From: Lama guanicoe
Taxonomy: Eukaryota
Direction of reading: 5' to 3'
Length of the DNA stretch: 64,000 bases
Assembly (NCBI GenBank): GCA_013239625.1
Contig: MU056270.1
Coordinates: forward strand, 248,001-312,000
Shown piece by piece: positions 1 through 13,659 of this stretch. Within the stretch, counting starts at the first letter, position 1, and each line of letters begins with the position of its first letter. Made by a program: the position numbers and the translations under genes. The notes under the pieces are model-generated. The model searched no databases, was not told the origin of the DNA, and was given only the letters and a program-made list of their open reading frames with translations.

Positions 1-107
1 CAGACCCACCCGAAAACACAAAGCCCGAACGCGTCCCACGACTGGGGAAGGAAGCCCGAATCGGTGTTTCACACAACGAGCTCAAGCCGGAGCTGAGGCG
101 GGGGCAC

Positions 108-230
108 CTGTAGGGCTCCGTTCCGGCTGAAGGACGAGGCACACTGCACGAGCCGGCTCAGCTCCTCGGAGACGGCCTCCACCACCCTGCACAGCACCCG
201 GGGCACCAGCTCCTTGGAGACCGCGAACAC
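108..230 (-). CDS. EXOC2: EXOC2 exon ~25 (123 nt): [41 protein letters not shown]
   Basis: Acceptor cccgccag|GTG, donor CAG|gtgccc. Confidence 0.96.
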
Positions 231-2053
231 CTGGCGGGGGTTCAAAGAGGAAGGGACAACACGTTACTGGAACTTCCCTCGACGGAGTTTGTTAAAAACA
301 AAGGAATCACAAGGCAACATAACTCAGCTCTTCTAAGCCGTGTTCCTGCAGGATCAGACTCCGGTGTGGAAGGAAACACAGGCTCACACTCCAGCTGTGG
401 TCACTGACCCGTGACAAACTCCTCTCTCAAACTGCACTGGCAAACTGAGAGGTGCCACCGATGGCGACAAACTAGAACTGCTTTAAAATTTCCTCTTCTC
501 TTGACCTTTTCACAAGAAGAAACATGATTTCTAGAGAGGAAATTACAGACCCAGAAGCGCCCTGGATTGGAGTCTCCTTAGATGAAAACAAACACTTCGC
601 CCTGGGTGTGCCGCTCTGGGTTGGACAACAGAGCTCCCGGCTCTACTGTCTGCTGAACTGAATACGTATTTCTTTTCATCTGACATAAAAGCACCATCTT
701 TAAGCTTTGAATTTTGATGTTTTCAAACTAAGAGTGACTGTATTTGGACATCAGGTGGAACATTTTGCTACCCTGATCTATAAGCTAAACTCAACCGTGT
801 TTTCTTTTCAGCTTTTTTTCTTGATTGAGTCACCTGCACTGAACCTTCAGGTCGACACGAACATCACCTGAGTGTTCAAGAAAACTTCAGACAAGCTAAG
901 ATCATATGGCAGTTAGTGAGCAGTAAACGTTAAGAATGAGATTCTACTTTCAGTCACAGGGATAAATGAAAAGGGGGCTTGAAAAATCCAGTACTTACAA
1001 ACAACGTCCCAGGTACTGACAGCGGGCTCCGTTAGCCAAAGCTGCCTCTTTAGGAGCCTCGCGCCATGGACACGCCCACAGGCCCGCATCCCTCTGACTA
1101 CACCCGTCCGCTCTACACAAGCGTTTTCAGTGGCTGAGGACTGAACGCTATACCCTAACTTTATTGGATGCTAACCTAACAAGAAAGCGTTTTTAGATGT
1201 CTCTGACAAAACCGCAGTGGAAACTATATCACGTTATAAAAAGATGTATGTTGATAAACTTCTGCCTGAGTTAAATCTACAAAAACTACTTTATGCAGGA
1301 ATTTAGATGCTTTCCACACTAAGAAATGGAACACACGTGTCCAGTTCAGAGCCAGGCTCCGGCAGGAGGCAGCGCCCACCTCCAGTGCTCACCCTCCCGC
1401 TCGGCCTCCACGGCCCATGCGCCTCCAGGACACTGGACACCTGGGACGATGAGGGTGATGCGGAGGGAGGTGTGACCCTGATGCCCTTCTGAGGTCCCTG
1501 CGCCCGCGCTCACTGCAGCAGACCCTCTGCCGAGACCCCTTGCTGGGCCCGCCTTACCCGGCGCCCTTCCATCCACAGCCCGCAGCCAACCCGAGGCCAG
1601 GACTGCGGGTGACAAGGGCGGTCAGAGTGGACAAACGTGGCGGCTGTGGTCTCTTCTCTCCTCAAAGGCCACTCATGGAGCCCGGGGTGCCGTGCTCCCC
1701 GTGAGGGCAGGTGGGGGGGGAACCACGGTCCGGGGAGCCTGCGTCTCTGAGAGGCCACGTGGCTGTGAGACTGGCACGCTGTGCCTCAGGAGGGTGGAGA
1801 GTTTCCAAGTGGGGGACACGCACCCTTTCAACCTCTCTTCTCTTTATTTTTCAAATATTACCGAGTCTGGCTTAATTACGAGAAAAAATACTCAACTTCA
1901 GAGGAGAACTCTCACAGTAAAAACACACACCTTTGGGCATGGAAGGGGTTGTTCATACCTGAGATACAGTCTGGAGGGAAGGACCAGAGGAGCCACCAGA
2001 TCTGCCCCCTTCCTCCCAGTGCCCGAGGCCTGGGGGACGCTCTCGCGACCTAC

Positions 2054-2109
2054 CTCTGCGTGCACGGCGATGATGCTGACCACGGCCTCCTTCAGGTAGT
2101 TCCTGACAC
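2054..2109 (-). CDS. EXOC2: EXOC2 exon ~24 (56 nt): (G)VRNYLKEAVVSIIAVHAE
   Basis: Acceptor cttccag|GT, donor GAG|gtaggt; follows a 19.6-kb intron. Confidence 0.96.
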
Positions 2110-2366
2110 CTGGAAGCAGACGGGGAGGCGGTGAGCAGGCTGCACTGGAGCCCCCGGGAGGAACAAAGCCACAGCACACGGCTGCCTCCCCCCGAGACCC
2201 CAGGGGCCAAGGGCCAGTCTCGTGCACGTGGCAGAGAGGGCAACCTGCTTAGGAGTCCCCGTCACTGCTTTCCCACTTCTGCTGCTGCTTCTGTCCTTCG
2301 CACCTGCTCAGGGGTCTGCTTCAACACTGACATTTAAAACTGTCTTCCGTTTCTTCACATCCAGGA

Positions 2367-2396
2367 ACGCACACGCGCACACACACACACACACGC
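2367..2396. repeat. (CA)n microsatellite with CG interruptions
   Basis: acgcacacgcgcacacacacacacacacgc. Confidence 0.85.
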
Positions 2397-5300
2397 CCAC
2401 CCTCCCCCGAACAAAAACCAGGGGAAGGGTATCTTCCGAAGTGTATAAAACACATGCTAAATGCCTACAAGAGCATCTCACTTCCAAACGGGGAAGTCAA
2501 ATTATTACGTAGAAATGACTACTTTGATCTTAAAAGTTATTTCTGGGAAGAACTTTTGAGAAAGATGCATCTCTCCTGATTCTGTAAAGCAAGTTCGAGT
2601 GGACGAGTCCTCGATCCCAGAATGGACTGCACAGCTGAGAACTCCTCATCACCACAGGAGGGGACTCGGCTCCGCAAAGTCACGGCTGAGTGGCAGCGGC
2701 GCTGGGGAGGACCTGCCGTCCACGTGACCGGCTACTCAGCATGGCGGAGACGGATGCCAAGGGCCACACATGAGCAAGGCAGATGTGACCCCACCGAGGC
2801 CGCGCACCCAGCGGCAGTCTCCGGGGGTCCGTGGGCCTTGGGGCCACCTCCTGAGCAACGACGTAAACAGACAAGCAAGAGGCACGACCACCGGGAAAAC
2901 ACACCGGCTCGTCCCTGAAACACGGTGCACGAGTCTGGACAGCGCACTGGCTGTGCCTGTTGCCCACAGCGGGTGCCGCTCTCCGGAGGGCCACCAGCGA
3001 CCTCCGGACAGGCGAGCGTGTGTGTATGGCCCAGAGGGAGTGCCGCGCATGTGTGCACACCCTCCCACACCCCCATAGGACTCACTGGAAGCCGCAAGAG
3101 CAGTGCAGTGCTCTGGCCACACTCTGCAACGGTTCTGGAAAGCACGGTGGATGGCGCACACAGTGGTGGAGGCGCCCTGGCTCCCAGGTGGCATCTGAGC
3201 CTCGGCCTGAGCCAGCGAGAACAGCAGGTGTGCCTGGCCGGCAGAAGCTGGTGCTGGGCTCCGACCCGCCGGTCACCCCAGGCGAGCTCCCGTGGCTCTG
3301 ACCAAAGGCTCCTCCTCCCCGAACACTGACAGCACTTCTTAAACACAGCAGCAGCTCTCAGAGGACGGCAGGCCATTGGCCAAGGGGGCAGCTTGCTGGC
3401 TGCACCCTTCCCCGTGTCCCGGGGCTGCACTCATTCCCCTCACATCCTCACGGCGCTGGTGACACCTGGCTCACACCCATCTCCCTGCTCCGCTGCCAAC
3501 TCCGCAAGCACAGGGTCCCCTGTCTGCTTGTCTCCATAGTGTTTATGAAAAACAAAGTCAATAAGGCAAAGGCCACGTATGCCCTGCTCACTACTAAGCC
3601 CCTAGGACTTTACTCTCTTAGCTGAAAAGTGGGTTCACGAGTGAACAAACACAGGAGGGAAGCGCGGCACACGCAGCGTTGTCGGATCTGTGACCGACAC
3701 CTGAGCCGTCCGCTAAAAATGCAAACGCCTGGGTGTTTGTGCGAAAGAGGCGCTCTCTGCTGAAGCACATCCCTCCCTCTCACAGGACTTAGGGAAATAA
3801 GGCAGTCTTTTTGAAATAATTGTCAGGATCCATTTGAAAAACACAACTCAAATAAAGAAAGTAGGAGAGAATACTGCTGAAGCTAAATACATTTGTTCTC
3901 CAATGTGCTGTATTTTTCCAGCCACATCCTTAAGCAAACAGCTGCTCCAAGTAATAAACCTCACTGCGCCCAGGACTGAGGGCGCCACGGCTGCCGGAGG
4001 CGTGGACACTCAGGGAGGCAGATGGGCGAGGCACGCGGGCTGATGCTACCTGCTTCTGATGCAGCACCGTGTGTTGTTTTCAAGAAGGTTCCTCACAGAT
4101 AAGCCCCCACAACTTTCCATGTTGTTCACATGCGGGAGCGAGCGGCTTCTAAGCACGGGCGATGCTGTCTCCTCTGCTCTCCGAGTGTGAGATCACAACG
4201 TGTCACGATACCTGGCCCAGGAAGCGTCCCCACCCACACAGCGTCGGTCCAGACTGCCACCGAGCAGCTCGCCGCTGGCCCGGCGGGAAGTCCCCGGGAG
4301 ACGTCAGGCCCACGTCTGCTGAGCAGGAGGCTCTGGGCCCCTCGCAGGGTGGGCTTCTCCGGACGGAGGGCGCCAGGCCTCAGGGCACCTCTGTGAACGA
4401 CGAGAGCCGCGTTTCTCACACACGACAGTGGGGAAGGAGTCTCCTTTCTTGCTCTATTTGTCAGTTTCCTGTTTTAATCAAATAGGGAGCACACTTGGGT
4501 TTGGAATAACTAGTGAAATTTTTCCCGAGCGCCTCTGACTGTTACACGCCAGGTTCGACCCCGTGGGCGGGGGCAGAACAAGCCCGCAGCAAACAAAGCC
4601 CCTCCCCGCAGCGGGGCACCCCCAGGCTTAGGGCAACACGGTCGCCTCGCCCACAGGGCCCCCAAGAAGGCAAGTGCATGCACAGCACCGCTGGGCAGCA
4701 GGGAAGCCCACACGGGCAGACAGAGGGCCGCGGAGGCCGGGCCCCGACGGCCGAGGGGAGGCGCCCGTGCCCACCCCACAGGAAGCGCCCCTAACAGGCC
4801 GCGGGCGGGGAGCACGGAATGGCCTGGATTCAAATTCTGCCTGGAAAGTCAGTTAATTTAATCCACCGAAGCTTCCGGCTTTCTCTGAAGTATGTGGAAT
4901 GCTTCTTGTGACCCAGAAAGTGTGATACAGGCGGATTTGATTCTTCCTAGAATGAAGGGTCTGGACAAGCTGCCAGCGGGCCTCTCCAGGGCTTCCACGC
5001 CGCGGTAAAGAGCAGAGCAGGGGCTCTTCTGACCCGACCGAGGCTTCATCCTCCTCCCTAGTGTGCGGCATAGTCTTCCAGACCTTCTCCTCTGAAGGGA
5101 AGTCTTCCCCTAAAAACGGGTCACACTACACACTCTCTTCTTAAACTTGCTGACCTCGCTCCACACTGCGTGGCAGGCTGCGCCCTTCAGCGGCGGCCCC
5201 GTGTCCCGCGGCAGGGACGGCCGTGAGGGCCTGCTCTCCGTCTATGTGTCCATCTGCTCATCTCATGTTGCGCTTTATTCCATTTTCTGGTAACCTGCTC

Positions 5301-8300
5301 TCCCGCCACTCGACAGCCCCAGGGCCCTTCAGGATGGACTGCTGTAAGCAGCGCTGCGGTGGCTGCCGGCCCCTCGCTCCCATAGCACAGCTCACTCGCG
5401 GCACCTCCTAGGAGCAGATCTGCCGAGCCAGGGGCTGTGGGCTTTGACGGTCCTGCCAGCCTGTCGCTGAAAAGGCCATTCAAATTTAAACTGCTTCTTC
5501 AAGCCTTTTTACTTTCTTAACTTGGACTCTCTCGTTACTATAATTAATAACAACCTGAATAAATGCTCCCCAACTACGATGGTGACAAAACTTTCCATTA
5601 AAACACTGGGAGAAAGATTTAAGCAAAATGCAGAGGTCAAAGGAAATTTACTGTAAGTCACACAAGATGCAGACCTCACCCGACTGCGCAGCGTCTGAGG
5701 ATGGGCACTTACAGAAACACCTGTGCACCACCTGAGCAGAAGCATTTCCGGTCACGTCCTCCAGACACGCGGCCCAGGCGCCCTGCCCGACTTGTTTTGA
5801 ACCACGACACTCAGTCAACACCACCGAATCTAACTCTGGAAACTCTGGAGATGCTGCCTCCTTTATAAACCACATTTCCTGTTTTTAACCCTGTGCCCTA
5901 AATCAGTTACTAGTCCTCGTCTACAGATAAAAATAGATTGAAAAATACTATAAATATCCCACAATGTACTTTTTTTGGGTCAAACTGAAACACTACATGA
6001 AAGAACTTCGGGGTATTTTTTTTCAGATAAATTACCTATTCAATTGTACTCTGAAGACACAATACCGAAATTACCGCCTATTAAAAAACGTACCCAGAAA
6101 CTGTATCGAGACCGTCAGGCAGAAAGGCCTGACTGCCCTGAGCAGAGAAAGGGCTTCAGGCCCAGGCCCCAGGTTCCAGTCCACGTTTCCTTAAACCCTC
6201 CTAATTGTCTCCTCCTAAATTGATAAACGTCCTCTGCCCCAGGAGCGACTTTTAAACGAATGCCTGTGGGGAAAGGAGACCCTTTGGGGCGGAACACGAG
6301 AAGGCAGCCCCACCGCTTCAGCCTTCTGCTTTCCTTCTCAGGGTTCTCTTTTTTTTGGCTTTAATTGATACGACTTCCACGAACAGGAAAACTTCTCCCT
6401 GTAAAAACAGAAAACACCACCGGCAGCAAAAATGACTGTAAAAGTATTTCCTGGCTTATTTTTTTCCATTTGTGAGAAGGGATTTCTATTCCTACGAGTT
6501 CAGCCTCCATAGACGTCACAGACAAGCAGCTCTGGGCAAGGGCTCACAGCCTCTCCCATCCCCAAGCTGAAGTCCGAAGTGCAGAGCGGACTGTGGATAC
6601 AGCAACCCCACGTACGACGAAAGGCTTCACACACTTGGTGAGCAGAGTCTCGGTTTCAACATTCAAAACCGAGACCCTGAATTTCAGACGTACAGGCACA
6701 AGTTTGATTAACTTCATTAACTGGCAAATTCGTTCGTTTCAATTCCATCCTTTGGTGGAGCCTGTTTTCACTAGAAAGTCCCTTCAGTCAGGAAAGTGAA
6801 AGTGACAAGAAAACAGAGCTGGCTTGCCGCGAGCAACGCGTCTGCTCCGCGCCGTGAGCCGTCACGACCGCGCGGTGCCTCGCAGAGGTCTAAGCGGCTT
6901 CACACTGCGACGTGTCCGGGGGTTCTTCTCCTCCCTAAGAATGACTTCAATTAAGTCCTAACTGTACACGCCCCGCGAGAAGCCAGGCTGTGGTGGCCCC
7001 AGGGCTGACGGGGGGACACACAGGTGCCTCGCAGAGGAGCAGCCCCGCGTCCTGGAGGCCGGGCTGCCACGTGCAGCAGAGCCAGGGCGCCCCGCACGCT
7101 CTCGGAGCACGACTCCATGCACCGTGTGAGACTGACATCATCCAGAGAGAGCGGAGTTGTGAGAGTGAGCTGACCTGGGGGTCAGCCGCGGTTACATAAG
7201 GAGGAGTGTCTCCAACCGGCACCTCCGGGGAGCTGAACGGTGACCAGGGAACACGGGGCTGGCAGGCACTGCGGCGGCGGAGGGCCCGGCAGGCATCACC
7301 TGCACCCTGTGCTGACCCGGCGTGCGGGCCCCAGGGACCCTGCACGGGACAGGAGCTCCTTCCATTCACAGGGCTGGGCTTCTCTGCCTCGCTCCAAAAC
7401 CTGAAGTCTAAACTGTTTTGCTCTGAGAACCTTCTGGACGATGCCTCGTCCGCTGCTCTGTCTTCAGCGTCGGCGCTCCCTTCCACCCCCCTGCCCACTC
7501 TGATGCTTCCGTCACTGGAGGGCCTGCCAACGGTTTTGTGCGGCTTCTTTACCCCCAAACGATGCAACCCTTTCTTCTTCCTGGGACCTTCACCACGTGA
7601 CTGAATCTCACGACTGCCACTCTCTGAAATGCTCCCGCTGGTCTCGGAGTCTCTGCCGGTCGCAGAGGGCGAGTGGCCACTTGCACGGTCCTCTCGCTGC
7701 CCCTGCCGTCCGTGCTGTGCGAGCCTGGGGTGAAGCCCGAGGGCCACTCTCGGCTGGCTGACACACCCAGGCAGGGGAAGGAGAAAGGTGGTTTCTAGTC
7801 CAAGTGTCGACAGTATTAGGGTGTGTGAGACCACACAGAGCTGTGACCCACCTGGCCTGACCCACCTCCCCACCCGACACGCTTCTCCCGTTAGAAGACC
7901 GAGCCACAACCTGGAGAGGGAACTGGGCGGAAGGCAGGCTGCGCCACTCTGAACAAGCCATGGACCTTCCTGATTCTCCACGCCTGAAAAATCTGCCAAG
8001 TGGACCTCGGCCCAGCGAGGCTGTGGGGACGACACAATGTGACAGCGTGCATGAAGGTGACGGTTAAACGGTAACACTTTTATTTCAAAGCGGACTGAAA
8101 TGAAGTATGTTCGTAAATTTGTAAGATTTTCAATACAAACCAGAGCAAAATGGTGTTTCATACTCAGTCTTCAATGCTATAAGCTTTCAAAACCATGAAA
8201 CGGGGCTCTGTTTCCATCCCCGTGCCGTGACCGGAGGGGCGTGTCACGGCACCTGCACGGGGGCCTCACCCGGGCCTCCGCGGGCCCCTGAACACAGTGC

Positions 8301-11300
8301 GCTGCCGCTCTGTGCTGAGAGCCCCTTAAGGGAGCGGACGTCCCCTGGCAGGTGCAGAGGCGGCCGGGGGCCGTGTGGGAGAGGCCGCCCAGAGGAGCAG
8401 CCCTTCTGACTCTGCAGGTCACGGAGCCCTCGATACATTATGTTAATGAGTGAGTGTGTGCACGACTGTAACAGACACCAATTTAAACAGTCTCTTAATT
8501 TAGAGACAGGTGCCATCACGCTCACACGTTATAGAACCATACAGCACGTGAACTTACAAACACACGGTCTGCACAAACACATGCACATTACGTATCCCAC
8601 GCTCTATGATCAAGAGAAACATACCAGGAAAGGGAGAGGAAGAGGAGACAAAGGTTACTTTACTGGCTTAAATAAGCTCAGTTGTGCTAAAGGCAGAAGC
8701 CGGCCGCAAATGCCAGCAGCTGAGACGGGGCAGACATTCTCCTTGTCCGTCGGACGTGGCCAGTGTGGGTGGGGGGGTCTGATCACGGTGGTCCCTCTGG
8801 GACCTCAGCTCACAGAGGCGCCCCCTTGGCACAGGGCCGGGAAAGAGCCGGAGCCAGGCTGGCCCTCAGGCCCCGGCCGCCGAGCACATCTGCCCGCAGG
8901 GCCGCCCGCCCTGGGGAGGAAGAAGGCACTGATGAACTTAACGTGGTCCAAACAACCAACTGCCCTACGTTTTACATTTAACAGAACAGAAAGAGTTTCT
9001 GCTCTGAAGTCGGTGGCTTAGCGGTCTGAGTCTGAGGGCGTTTTGCTGGAGACCTGGACTGAGTGGCTTCCAGAGCTGGAAAAGCGCCACGTGTGCAGGA
9101 AAGCATGGGCCAGGAAGAGGTGGCAACTGGCCGCATGGACTGTACACGCAGGGAGGTACAGAGACCTCGTGTGTGTGCCGCACACACGTGCGACTGGCGT
9201 CCAGGTCGAGACACGGGCCTCTGTCCCCCGCTCCCCTCCCGTCAAGGACCGTCCCTGGGGGTCACCTCCCGGCCTAGGCTCGCATGCCCCACACCCGGCC
9301 CCGCTGTCGTGCAGGAGGCCTCCCCTCCACGACCAGGACTTCACAGGACAAGCGCGTGGGGTGTAGGCACCTATGCTGTGCTGGCGGACACCTAGCTGTT
9401 TCCAGATTGTGGGCCTTCAGGCGGAGCCGCGGCGGACACCAGCGTCCGCGTCTCCTATGCATAAACAGGTGATGTCCCTGTTTATCTCCGGCGGCTGTGC
9501 TGGTTTTCCAACTGGAAGAGAAGGCAGGACTGGGTGTTCCACAAAAACACTTCATTGTCAGCATTAGTTTATGTGCAGTCTTGCTGGATACAGGCCCACA
9601 TGTCCAAAGCAGCACGTGCTCTCATTTTAAACGAAAGGATTTATATACCTGTTCTCCTTGGAATAGAAGAGGCATAGCACAAAGAAGACAAACGCCCAAG
9701 AACATACACCGATTTCTCCTTTCATTGGCACAACCCAACCGTGCATACAGGAGTATTAATTCCTTTCACTTCCATCACACCCCAAGTCGCTGAAGGCATC
9801 TCTGTGGTTCCGTAAAATGTATCATCACACAAACTCGCTCAGGGACTCGTTCCACGCAGACCCTCGGTCCCCGTTACCCTAATCACAGGCTGTCACAGCA
9901 CTGCAGTCAGAAGTGACAGCCTGTGCACAAACGAAAGTGGGTTTTCAAACGGGTCATGTCTACGCATCTACATGGGGCGCCACTCAAGCGTCTAATTATC
10001 AGTATGAGACACTAGCAGAAAGCGGTCTGAAAGGAGACACCGCCCGAGCCGGCCTCCTGCGCAGCGTGAAGGCTGCGCTCACGGCGTCGAGTCGGCGCCT
10101 CCAGGCAGCTGCCTTACTGATGTACTGCTCCCGTCACTGAGAACCTACGGGCTCAGGGCGCCACTGCTGGTCTGTTCACACCAGGGAGGGTTTCCCACCC
10201 GCGTCAACTTGCTGATGAACTGAGACAGAGAGGAAAGGCTCTGTTCCGTCGGCCGAACGGGCCCCAGCGGCCCCGGCCCAGTGTCCTCAGCTGCGGCCTC
10301 CGAGCCCCTCCAGGCCTGCTGTGGACTCCCAGGAAACACTCCGGACGCCGTGGTTCTAAAAACACACGCAGGTTTCCCACTGCGATGCAGGGGTTAAACA
10401 GCCACAAAACAGCTCATCACTGAGCGGGTCGGCCTCTGCCGTGTGTCACTGGGAGAAGATGCTCACTCAGCGCACGCGGCGCCTCTGGAGCTCTCCCGGT
10501 GCCTGGAGACAGACGGCGCTTCTGACCCAGGTCTGTGACGGGTCGGGGGGCACGAATCACACAAAACCCACTCTGCGGCTTAGTTTTCCTCTCCAAATTC
10601 GACAGGAGCGCGTCCTCTCCCAGAACGGGTGGGTTCACGTGCTTCCGTGCTGACTCAGCGGGTGAGCCAAGGGCGGAGGCCCCAGAGGCAGACCCCCCAC
10701 AGCCCTTTATAACCTCCCACCCAGAACAGTCTGAGGACAGGTACCTATAAATCCAGGGAGACCGTCACCCCCAAAGGCAGCCAAGGTCACACGAAATAAT
10801 AAAGCGCTGAGATGAAGAAGGGACGAAAACGAAGGAACACCTATGCGACCCCCATCCCATTTTCCGTGAGGCTCGGTCGCGTAGTGCGCAAGCGAATTTC
10901 AGTAGACGACTCAGGTCGTAACTGGACAGAATCGGGTGAGGAGAACGGTCAGGACCCTCCCACAGGGCCTCGGGGTCGCGGGGCCTCAGGCTCGTCATGA
11001 CAGAGCAGACACGCAAGAGGCCAGAGGGACGCTCGGACGGGACGCAGCCTGTCACCGCCCGCCTGGCAGGACCCAGGACGTCAGGGAACAGGCCGCCGGT
11101 GCTCCTGGAGCCCGAGCCACCACCAGGTCCCGGGACTGCTGTCCGATCACACAGTGGACTTCGGACGAGACCCAAGGAGAGTGTGAGTGTTGCAGGGGAG
11201 CTGGAGCGCGAGGGAGGACGGGGAACGGTGAGCAGGGAGTAGATGAGACGCTCCCGCCTGTCTCACCTCTTCACTCCTGCCCGACGGCCGGCTCCATGCC

Positions 11301-11659
11301 TGGGGCAAGAGCACACGGTGGGTGTGACGCCCGGACCACCAGCGAGCAGGGGGCCTCGGGGGCCGGGTGGACAGGGTCCCCAGCCAGGGAGGGAACAGCT
11401 TGATAACTAAATCACAGCAGCCACGACAACGAACTGAAACGCGTTAAACATGCTCAAGCCCCGGGTTAATAAAGACAATTAAAACATAAAAAGCACCTTG
11501 TCGATCACATTTAGAAAACATGAGGGAACCTGCTCGCTCTGGAAACTAAACGGAGAGAAAGATCAAGCACTACCCGCCTTTTCCACGTGAACTGCACTTC
11601 AGAGCAGCCAGCCTGCAGAATTCTTGAGTTTTAATTTTGTTTCAGCTAACGACCGACGA

Positions 11660-12380
11660 CCGTGGGTTTGTAATCCCTCAGGAAATAACGGATCATGGCA
11701 ACAACTACCAACAGTGCTAAAACCAGTAGATGAAGAGTTTAGGCCGAAATGTTCAAGGCTGGAGCAAGCATCCGTCTTAACATTACAAACAGGGAGACAA
11801 CCAAACGCGCTGGACCTTCTGGTGGCAGACAGTGAAGCAAAGTCAGACCTAAAGCTGCTACAGGCCCTCACCAGCCACGGGTTCCCAGGAAGCACAGGAC
11901 AGCGCAGGGCGGTGACTGACACCACGAGGAGGCAGCAGGGAGCCCTGGAAGCGAGAACATCTGCAGCACCACCCGACTCAGTCAGTAGACCAGCCCGAGA
12001 CAGGAGCCCAGGGAAGGAAAGAAGCACCCTCGAGACACAGCAAAAGCCAAAGCAAAGCGCAGGCCCCGCAGAGCCCTGATCTGAACAAGCCGTCCAAAAG
12101 GGATTCTGAACACTGACTGGATAGCTGACAAAATAAGGAATTATTCATCTTTTCCAACTCTGATAATGGTATTGAGGTTACGTTTTTCAAGAAATCGGTC
12201 CTTATCTGATCTGTGGGTGGACGAGATGATCATTCGCCTGGGATTTATTTTAAGGCAATGACTCCCGGGGAGGTGGGAGCAGAGGGCGGTGTGCGCTCGC
12301 GGCTGTTGGAGCCAGACCCTGGGCCACGAGCTTCGCTTTGCTGTTCTATTTTGATAAGTCTAAAAACGTCCAAAATAAGT
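11660..12380 (+). mobile_element. L1MC/L1ME-like 3' UTR fossil
   Basis: actggatagctgacaaaataaggaattatt...tgataatggtattgaggttacgtttttcaag...gtccttatct...cctgggattt resembles ancient L1 3' ends. Confidence 0.55.
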
Positions 12381-13659
12381 TTAAAAAATCTCTTTTGCAC
12401 AGAGCACATTAGTTTACCCTGCTGCCAAACAGCTAACAGTTTAACACACAATAAAGTAAATACTTCAACAGATAAGACATGCAATGAAGAAAACACGCAG
12501 GTCATCTCAAGGTCAGTGAATTCCACCCTGAAGACCATCAGAGCCAAAACGTAGCTTTATTGAGAAATGCTTGGCAGGCAAAGAAATTGTAACCAAATGT
12601 CCAAAACGCTGTACAAATGGTTTTACAGCAATGACACTAATGCATTACACTGCTTATGAAAAAGGAGAAAATGTCCAGGAAAAAAGTGAGGTTTAACAGC
12701 GAACGTGTGATTTAAAAAGTGACGACCGACTGGGGTTGTCCTTCTCTGGAAAATGTGAAACTGCTTTTCCCAGATAAACAGATCAAACCCGAGTTCATTA
12801 AACCCTCCCTGACAACACTTCTAAATGAAAGGAGGAAGTCCAAGGAACTGGTAGAACTATCTTCTGAGCTCAGTCCCGGGGAAGACCACCGACTCGGACT
12901 CTCTCCAGCCGGCAACTGTTCTGACCAACCATCCCCACGGCCAGGGCACGGACAGCTGGGAAGACCGTGTCACCGGCTGTTCCCACCTGCGCTCCACACG
13001 CAGAGACGAGGACAGGGCCTTAAAGCGACGTCCTTGGGAGGACCCCGTCCTCCGGACAACCCTGGGAAGGTGATCGGTGCTCAGAGGCCCCTGGGTGAGG
13101 CCTGTCCCACGAGCTCCGACGACCTGTGAATGGGCAGTTTACTCGCTACTTCTGGGAACTGTTGTTATTTAACTAAGTTCTCTTCTTTAACATTAATTGG
13201 ATTAAAAAAGACAACTCAATCTGACATTCTCCGTAAAGCATCTATTAGTCTAGAAACTAAGCTGTAAACTGGCATTTTACTTGATGTGTATTTTTCCGTC
13301 GCCTCTGGCTTGAGTAACTTTTGCCAAGATATTTCTCATTAATCAATCAACTGACCAAGGGAATACGCTGAGGAAGGTCTTCTCTCAGCATTCCGTGGGG
13401 CCTTCCTGCGTCCCCAAGGACAGCAGTGCTGCGTACCTTCGGGGGCACCGCCACCAGCGCACACTCCCTCAGGAAAGGCCCGCCCCAGCACTTGCGTGCG
13501 GAGGCGTCCTGTCCCCAGGGAGGGGTCGCGGTCGCGGCCGCGGGGTCTCCACACTTTGCGCTCGGCCTCCTGGGTCTCCGTGTGCCTGTGCTAAGGCCAC
13601 ACCTCTCACTCCAGCAGCTTTCCAAGTCTTCACACCGAGCACTGGGGGACCCCAACGCT

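Noticed and set aside
1330-11600. Frequent CACGTG E-boxes suggesting MITF/MYC enhancers (IRF4-EXOC2 pigmentation region)
   Set aside because: They are scattered rather than clustered and are explained by the high regional CpG content. Enhancer function cannot be supported from sequence alone.
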